DNA of 64,000 nt from Chrysomallon squamiferum (Eukaryota; Animalia; Mollusca). The number at the start of each line of letters is the position of its first letter. The first letter of the stretch is position 1. Both the position numbers and the translations under genes were made by a program. The notes under the pieces were generated by a model. The model ran no database searches, was not told where the DNA came from, and saw only the letters and a list, made by a program, of their open reading frames with translations. Where the stretch lies: NCBI GenBank assembly GCA_012295275.1, contig CM022670.1:40672001-40736000 (forward strand), written 5' to 3'. Shown here piece by piece: positions 57,840 to 64,000 of this stretch.

Positions 57840-58080
57840 GATATACGTCATTCCCTAATATGAGTAATCAACGTCCCAGCCTCCAACTTCGTGTTTTCCT
57901 TGCATACCGACGACCGAGGCGACTCGGGACGATATGAGACGAGGCGCGCTCGATTTTCTCTTTATATACGGCGCTAAAAATAACCAGCAATAGACCAGGA
58001 TGTTCAGCCAATGAGAGCGGAGGTCGCGCGCTATTTTTAACCAGTATAAAGTTTTCTGACGGTGCAAAAGTATTCAGAAA
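57840..58080 (+). promoter_or_regulatory. KLF proximal promoter: CpG-rich, TATA box, CCAAT box, two MEF2 consensus sites
   Basis: TATAAA 58045-58050, CCAAT 58008-58012, CTAAAAATAA 57974-57983 and CTATTTTTAA 58031-58040 (YTAWWWWTAR), CRE-like TACGTCA 57844-57850; ATG at 58154. Confidence 0.7.
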
Positions 58081-58153
58081 CAAATCCGTTCAACGAATTG
58101 CCTGTTGCATGCGCGTGTATTTTTGAAAAAAGTTTGGAAAGTTTAGCAGAATA

Positions 58154-59436
58154 ATGACACAAGTTTTGGATCCCATGCTGGACAGTCAGTCGAAGTTTGC
58201 CAGCACCTCAATAACGAAGTTTGATGACAGTATGGAAACTGTAAGTGAATGTTATTTATTACTATTATTATTATTATTATTTATTATTTATTTTACTGTG
58301 ATAATTTTTATGTTTTGGATTTTAAAATTTATTTACTACCTGTTTTTCCTTTTTCTTCCTCATCTACGTGTTTGTTTATTTTTTATTTTTATTTTTGAAA
58401 TTACTTTGCCATGGCATGCCGCATTTTGGTGTTGTTATTCTACAAAGTTGTTACTGATTTATTATTAATATTTATTTTATTTTCTTTCATTTTCTACATT
58501 GTTACTATTTTGATATCAGAAATTTAATGATAAAGTTAAATATTTATTTTTCCTTAATTTTTTTTTACTTCTTGATACAAACCGGCTGTACATTAAATTA
58601 TGACTAACCTGTCTAATGCATGTCAAAATTCTTCTATTAGTGTTGATACATGCAGTAATACGTTATTTAGCGATTTTAATAATTATACTCATTTGTAACT
58701 TTATAAAAACATAACTGTCCATTTTAATTAATTTTTATTTTTTTAAAGTCACTCTTGCCTAATTAAAATTAATTTAATAAATTAGGTCTCATTTATTAGT
58801 TACGCTTATTTAAATAGATAAACCAGTTGTATTGTTAACTATCTGCAAGCAGTAACGTTTATCTAATTATTTACTACCCTTGTAGTAAGTAATTTGGTAT
58901 TTTACACAGCGGGTTTAATCTGTTATAAAATGCAGGCCTCGACAACATCGTCTGTTTGAAAACAAACCCGCCGTGGCTGACCTCGGAAAGGTCACAGCAA
59001 GACCACCGTTGACCCAAAGAGAGCGGGCGCACGTGGTGCGCTCGAGCGATATCAACACGAGGTCTCCGATTTCAACTGCATTTATGTCGCGCGCATTGAA
59101 CGCGGAAATCAGTTGACATGCGAACTGTTGGACGAACGACTTGCGGTCGCCTGTCAGATCAAACATTGATACGTTTTACAAAGCCATTGTTGTGCCTGGC
59201 GTAGTTAAACGCACAGCGCCTGATAGTTTCGATTAGTTTTTAAATAGTTGATGGTTTCGAAAAGCAGTTTAGTTTGTTTGTTCGACTACGTGAGATAAAC
59301 TTGTTGTTGTTCTGACATGGAATACTACTGCCAAGATACTTGTAGGGATAATAGTTGTAACCAATATGCGGTATGTTGCAAACTTTAAATTTAAATTTTA
59401 ATTTTAATTTGTTGCGACGGCGAATTTCAAATTTAG

Positions 59437-59467
<31 letters not shown>

Positions 59468-61129
59468 ATGTCTTTGTCGTAATGGTTTTCTTACTAAAAA
59501 TTTGAGTTAAACTTTTTTTGAAAAACCTTGTACATTTTTCAGAGTTGGTTTATAAACTTTATTTATTTAATAATTTTTTTTTTTTTTTTTTTAAATTAAA
59601 ATTGAGAAAAGAAAAAAAAACCCGTTGTACATATGCTAAAACATTGTCTTGAACAGACATCATAAAAACAATACAAATTTTGTACATCAACGGCACAGTG
59701 GATATATTTCCGATATGTGTATATTAGCAGTGCGGTCAGTGTTTGTATTTTCCACAGTTATTTTTAAAATAATGTTTTAAACTGACTTGAAGTTAATTAA
59801 GGGTAACTTGAATATAAATATCAGCTTAGAAAACGTAACAATAATTTTTATTGACTTGCTTTGCTGTTTGACTTACGATATTTTTATTGATTTGCTTTGC
59901 TGTTTGACTTACGATGTTTTTATTGACTTGCTTTACTGTTTGACTTACGATGTTTTTACTGTATTTTTCAGACGTGGCAGGATTTCGAGCCGCTGCTGTA
60001 CTGCGACAACACGCCGTACGAGAGCAGCATGGTGCAGATGATGGCCGATGCCATGAGAGCCAGCCCCGAAGTGACAAACATCCCGTCCCCGGGGATGCCA
60101 GTCTCTCCCAGCGGCAGCACAGGAACCGCGGTCGCCAGCCCAGGCAGCAGTCCGAGCTACTCCTCCAGCATGAAGTCTCCAGGCAACCAGCAGCTGTCGC
60201 CGATGTCGCAGGAACAGTACGACGAGCTGCTTGACCTGGACTTCATTCTGAACAACACCTCGGAGACGAACCTGTATCCCGAGGACACGGGCATGAAAAT
60301 CAAGCAGGAGCCCATGTCCGCTCCGGAGCCACTACCAGACTTCCATTCCGCTTTCCTGGATATTCCAGACATCAAATTCGACAGCAGCGTCAACGACATC
60401 CACTCGACGCTTCACGACCCCAGCATCACGTCGATGAGCGCCGATCACGCCGAACGCTTCAGCAAGCGACCCGTGGACTGCAAGCCCGTGATTCCCAAAC
60501 AGGAGTTCCCGGTCGCTCAGCACCCGTGCGCAACCTACGGAGCCATGACTCTCGTCTCTGCCGCGCAGCAGATGCCGTACAACCTTGCCGGGCAGATGTC
60601 GCCTCCGTCGTCACCCGAGGGCGACCGCCACCACATGAAGTGCCACCCCATGACGATGTTCCAGAACCACCACCACCACCACCACCAGCCCATGATGATG
60701 CCGCCGCAGCACATCTTGCCAAAGATGGGTCAGATGCCACCGCCACCGCCGCACCAGATGATCACGCCACCGTCGTCTCCGCAGCTGGTCGACCTGCTCC
60801 TGCCGCAGCCCACGCTGGACGCCCAGCCGAAGAAGCGAGGACGTCGTACCTGGGGCAGGAAACGTCAGACGAGCCACACCTGCACCCACCCCGGCTGTCT
60901 GAAGACCTACACGAAGAGCTCGCACCTGAAAGCTCACCTGAGGACGCACACGGGGGAGAAGCCGTACCACTGCACGTGGAAAGGGTGCGGCTGGAAGTTC
61001 GCGCGGTCCGACGAACTGACCCGCCACTACAGGAAGCACACGGGCGACCGACCTTTCCAGTGTCACCTGTGCGAGCGCGCCTTCTCCAGGAGCGACCACC
61101 TGTCGCTGCACATGAAGCGCCACATATGA
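58154..61129 (+). CDS. KLF4: Kruppel-like factor of the KLF1/2/4 class
   Basis: Exon 1 58154-58240 (GTAAGT donor) spliced in frame to exon 2 59972-61129, 414 aa. Three C-terminal C2H2 fingers ([22 protein letters not shown]; [19 protein letters not shown]; [17 protein letters not shown]), basic [20 protein letters not shown] motif. Likely co-orthologue of vertebrate KLF1/2/4, so the symbol is approximate. Confidence 0.93.
59845..59960 (+). repeat. 36 bp tandem repeat (3 copies) immediately upstream of the KLF exon 2 acceptor
   Basis: Unit TTTTTATTGA(C/T)TTGCTTT(G/A)CTGTTTGACTTACGAT(A/G). Confidence 0.9.
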
Positions 61130-63291
61130 ACAGAGAACATTTTTCTAACAAAACAAAACAAACATTCGGTGGACCAAACGTTCAGAGACTGAACATAGCG
61201 AAACTGCATAAATACGCAAGGATTGAGATGGTGGGGCCTGACTAATCTTTGTGTGTTTTCCATTCAACCCCACGACGTTTTATGCCGGACATGTGGATAG
61301 AGTATAGATATATATATATATATATGTGTATGTATATATCTGACAGTGTTGACTCTTTTGCAATGTAAGCTGTGCTTAAGGTTGTGTTTTAGTGAGAGTG
61401 GCCGGTGTCAGTGGGGTTAATTATTTTTCCATTGTTAATCTTTTTATTATTTTGGTAATCTGTAACGCCGTTAAAGGGGCTTTTCCAACGAAATTTTTGT
61501 AAAGAAGTCCAATACCCAAACGGGGTGACAACTTATGCAATTCATTTTCGGCTGGTTTCCGATTTTTCAGCGGCTGGTCCGTGTAAAAGTTTGGTGCCAA
61601 ATTTGCATTAACAAAATTCTCCCTTGATTGACAGGCCCCCCTGCTTGGGCTGTTCCAGTCTTCAAGCTAGGGGGCCGGAAGAGGTGAAATTGAAATGCTC
61701 CCATACTCGATTCTTCCAGTTATACATGTATTCGTGTTTTTGTTTTCTTTTATGTTGCATTTATATATATTATAGAAAAACCTTTGGTCGTGGTGACATT
61801 TTTGTCTCAAACTGAGTTTGAAATTTTTTTTTTTTCCTTTTTGGCCAAAAATCTGTTTTTAGAACTGCCTGGTTGCAGATGTGTTTTGTTGCTTAACAAA
61901 GTCAACGTAGTCGTTTAGCGTCCTAACTACGATATATCAGTATAGTCGTATTCATTCTAACTTATTTCATTTTCGATATTATTTATCTCCCTTTTCTTTT
62001 AACTTGTTCTTTTGTTCGTTACAAGCACTTTAACTCGATAGTGTTTCTCTCGGCTTTGATTAACTACGCTCAGAAATTTGAAAAAAAAATATATATATTA
62101 AACGTGCAATGTATGTAAACCCAGAACTGATATATAATATATATATATATATATATATACAGCATGGGTATTTATCAAGCAAGTAAATAAATGAAACAAA
62201 CTAAATATAACTAATTATATATCGTAAAGTTTTATTCTACTCAAACTTGATTTAAATCTTAAATTAAAAAAAAATGTATATATTTTTCACATAGTTTATA
62301 TATTTAATTTTTTATTTAAGCAGATGATTGATTGTTGAATGTATTCAGAGTTTATAGTAGAGTTATTACTACTGGTTTCTTTCTAGATACGGTTATTAAT
62401 TACTTGGCTTGATAATTGCCTCTGTTGAATTGTTTGCTTGTGTTCAACGTACACCAGATTTCATTACGTTTATGTCTAACAAAGTGGTGCTGTGACTCTT
62501 AACTAATTTTTACATTCGTTGAATTTGTCTAACAGAATATTTTAACGTCGTTGTTTTGTCTTTCGGAATATTTTAATGTCGTTGTTTGTTGTTAAAAACG
62601 CTTTTTATTTGTGTCTTAAATGCTCGGTTTGAAAATAAGCAAAAAGATATATATATATATATGTAAAATTCATTCACTAAAAAAGAAAAAAAAAAAGAAA
62701 AAAATTAACAATTTGAATCAAATCTTAATTTAAAAAAAAAAAAATATTTTTAATTTAAATGGAAATAGGTACTTTAACTATTAGTGTTATGGAATTATGT
62801 ACATATAAAGTAAAAAAATAAAAAATACACGCATAGAAGTAAAAGAATTGGTGCTTTTTAAAAAGATAGATTTCAAGAGAGATTCGGAAAAAAGTTAAAT
62901 CTACTTCATAGTAAATATTGATATTGGTGCTTTTAAGAAAAGGCTGAGAATCCTAAAGGTATATGTTTGATTAATTATAAAATATTTTTATAAGTGCTAT
63001 AAACTAGTCGAATTGTTTTACTGTGCCATATAAAATGATATATAACACACATTATATATAAAATATATATTATGTACATATATAGTGCTCGTCTGTTGCT
63101 AAATCTTTCATCAAAGGACATTGTTATTTCTCATGATTCAGAATAAATGTTATTTATTTTTTAAATTTGATTTTCGTTGTTTTTCTAGTCATTGTTAGAT
63201 ATGTATCTTTGTCTTTATCTCATTCTTTCTTCTCATCTTAAACTCTCTCTCTCTCTCTATTATTATTGTTGTAATTGTTTTATTATTAGTA

Positions 63292-63332
<41 letters not shown>

Positions 63333-63679
63333 TCTTCGTCTACCTAGCTATCTCTCTGTCTTATTCTCGAAATTCAAGAGAAAGTAAAAGTGTAAAGGAA
63401 AAAATAAAAAAAAAAAAAAAAAAAAAACACAAGTTACTCTTAAATGGAACAGAAAACATTAATTATATAATTCATTAACACTCATGGACAAGCTTGGATA
63501 TAAAATAATTTCATTCTTCAAAGCAGTAAAGTTAGAAGGAACGATTAAAAGAAATATTTGAAAACGGTTAATGAATATGATTAACAAACGAATAAGGACG
63601 ATATGCTCTATGTGCTTGCAACACGGTTTTTCATTTTGTAGAATTTATAATTCATTACTTGAAAACGAGGAATGGGATA

Positions 63680-63735
63680 CAGGGAGGGAGGGACGGAGAG
63701 GGAGGGAGGGAGGGACGGAGAGGGAGGGAGGGAGG

Positions 63736-63770
<35 letters not shown>
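63680..63770. repeat. (GGGA)n/(GA)n polypurine tract
   Basis: Directly visible. Confidence 0.9.
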
Positions 63771-63775
<5 letters not shown>

Positions 63776-63858
63776 GTGTTAAAAGACATAACAAATTAAA
63801 TAACTTATTTATTTTTTCATTAATTGTTATTAATAAAATTATTGTTGTTGTTATTATA

Positions 63859-63942
<84 letters not shown>

Positions 63943-64000
63943 GTTATTATCATTATTATTATTTTCAAAATAACAGAATACAAGGTTTTTTTTTTATATA

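Noticed and set aside
59950-61263. Overlapping alternative-frame and antisense ORFs over KLF exon 2 (up to 239 aa)
   Set aside because: Expected from high GC3 codon usage; no independent coding signal.

Overview
AT-rich, microsatellite-dense animal DNA, most plausibly lophotrochozoan/molluscan (inferred from gene content and repeat style only). Five spliced genes can be rebuilt by hand with phase-consistent GT-AG junctions: (1) the 3' part of an uncharacterised + strand gene (169-5843) with an ER/K charged helix and a C-terminal domain resembling the dynein microtubule-binding stalk head; (2) a divergent 9-cysteine activin/inhibin-beta-like TGF-beta ligand (- strand, 3 exons, ~533 aa); (3) IPP/KLHL27 BTB-kelch (- strand, 6 coding exons, ~608 aa); (4) head-to-head with it, a ~897 aa, 22-exon multi-thioredoxin-fold (PDI-like) protein; (5) after a ~24 kb gene-free interval, a KLF1/2/4-class factor (+ strand, 2 exons, ~414 aa). 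Top leads: a dynein MTBD-like domain with no motor next to it, an intronic TA-flanked MITE resembling mammalian Tigger4/Zombi, tandem repeats that multiply splice sites, and paired MEF2 sites in the KLF promoter. Family assignments are from recalled consensus sequences, not database searches.
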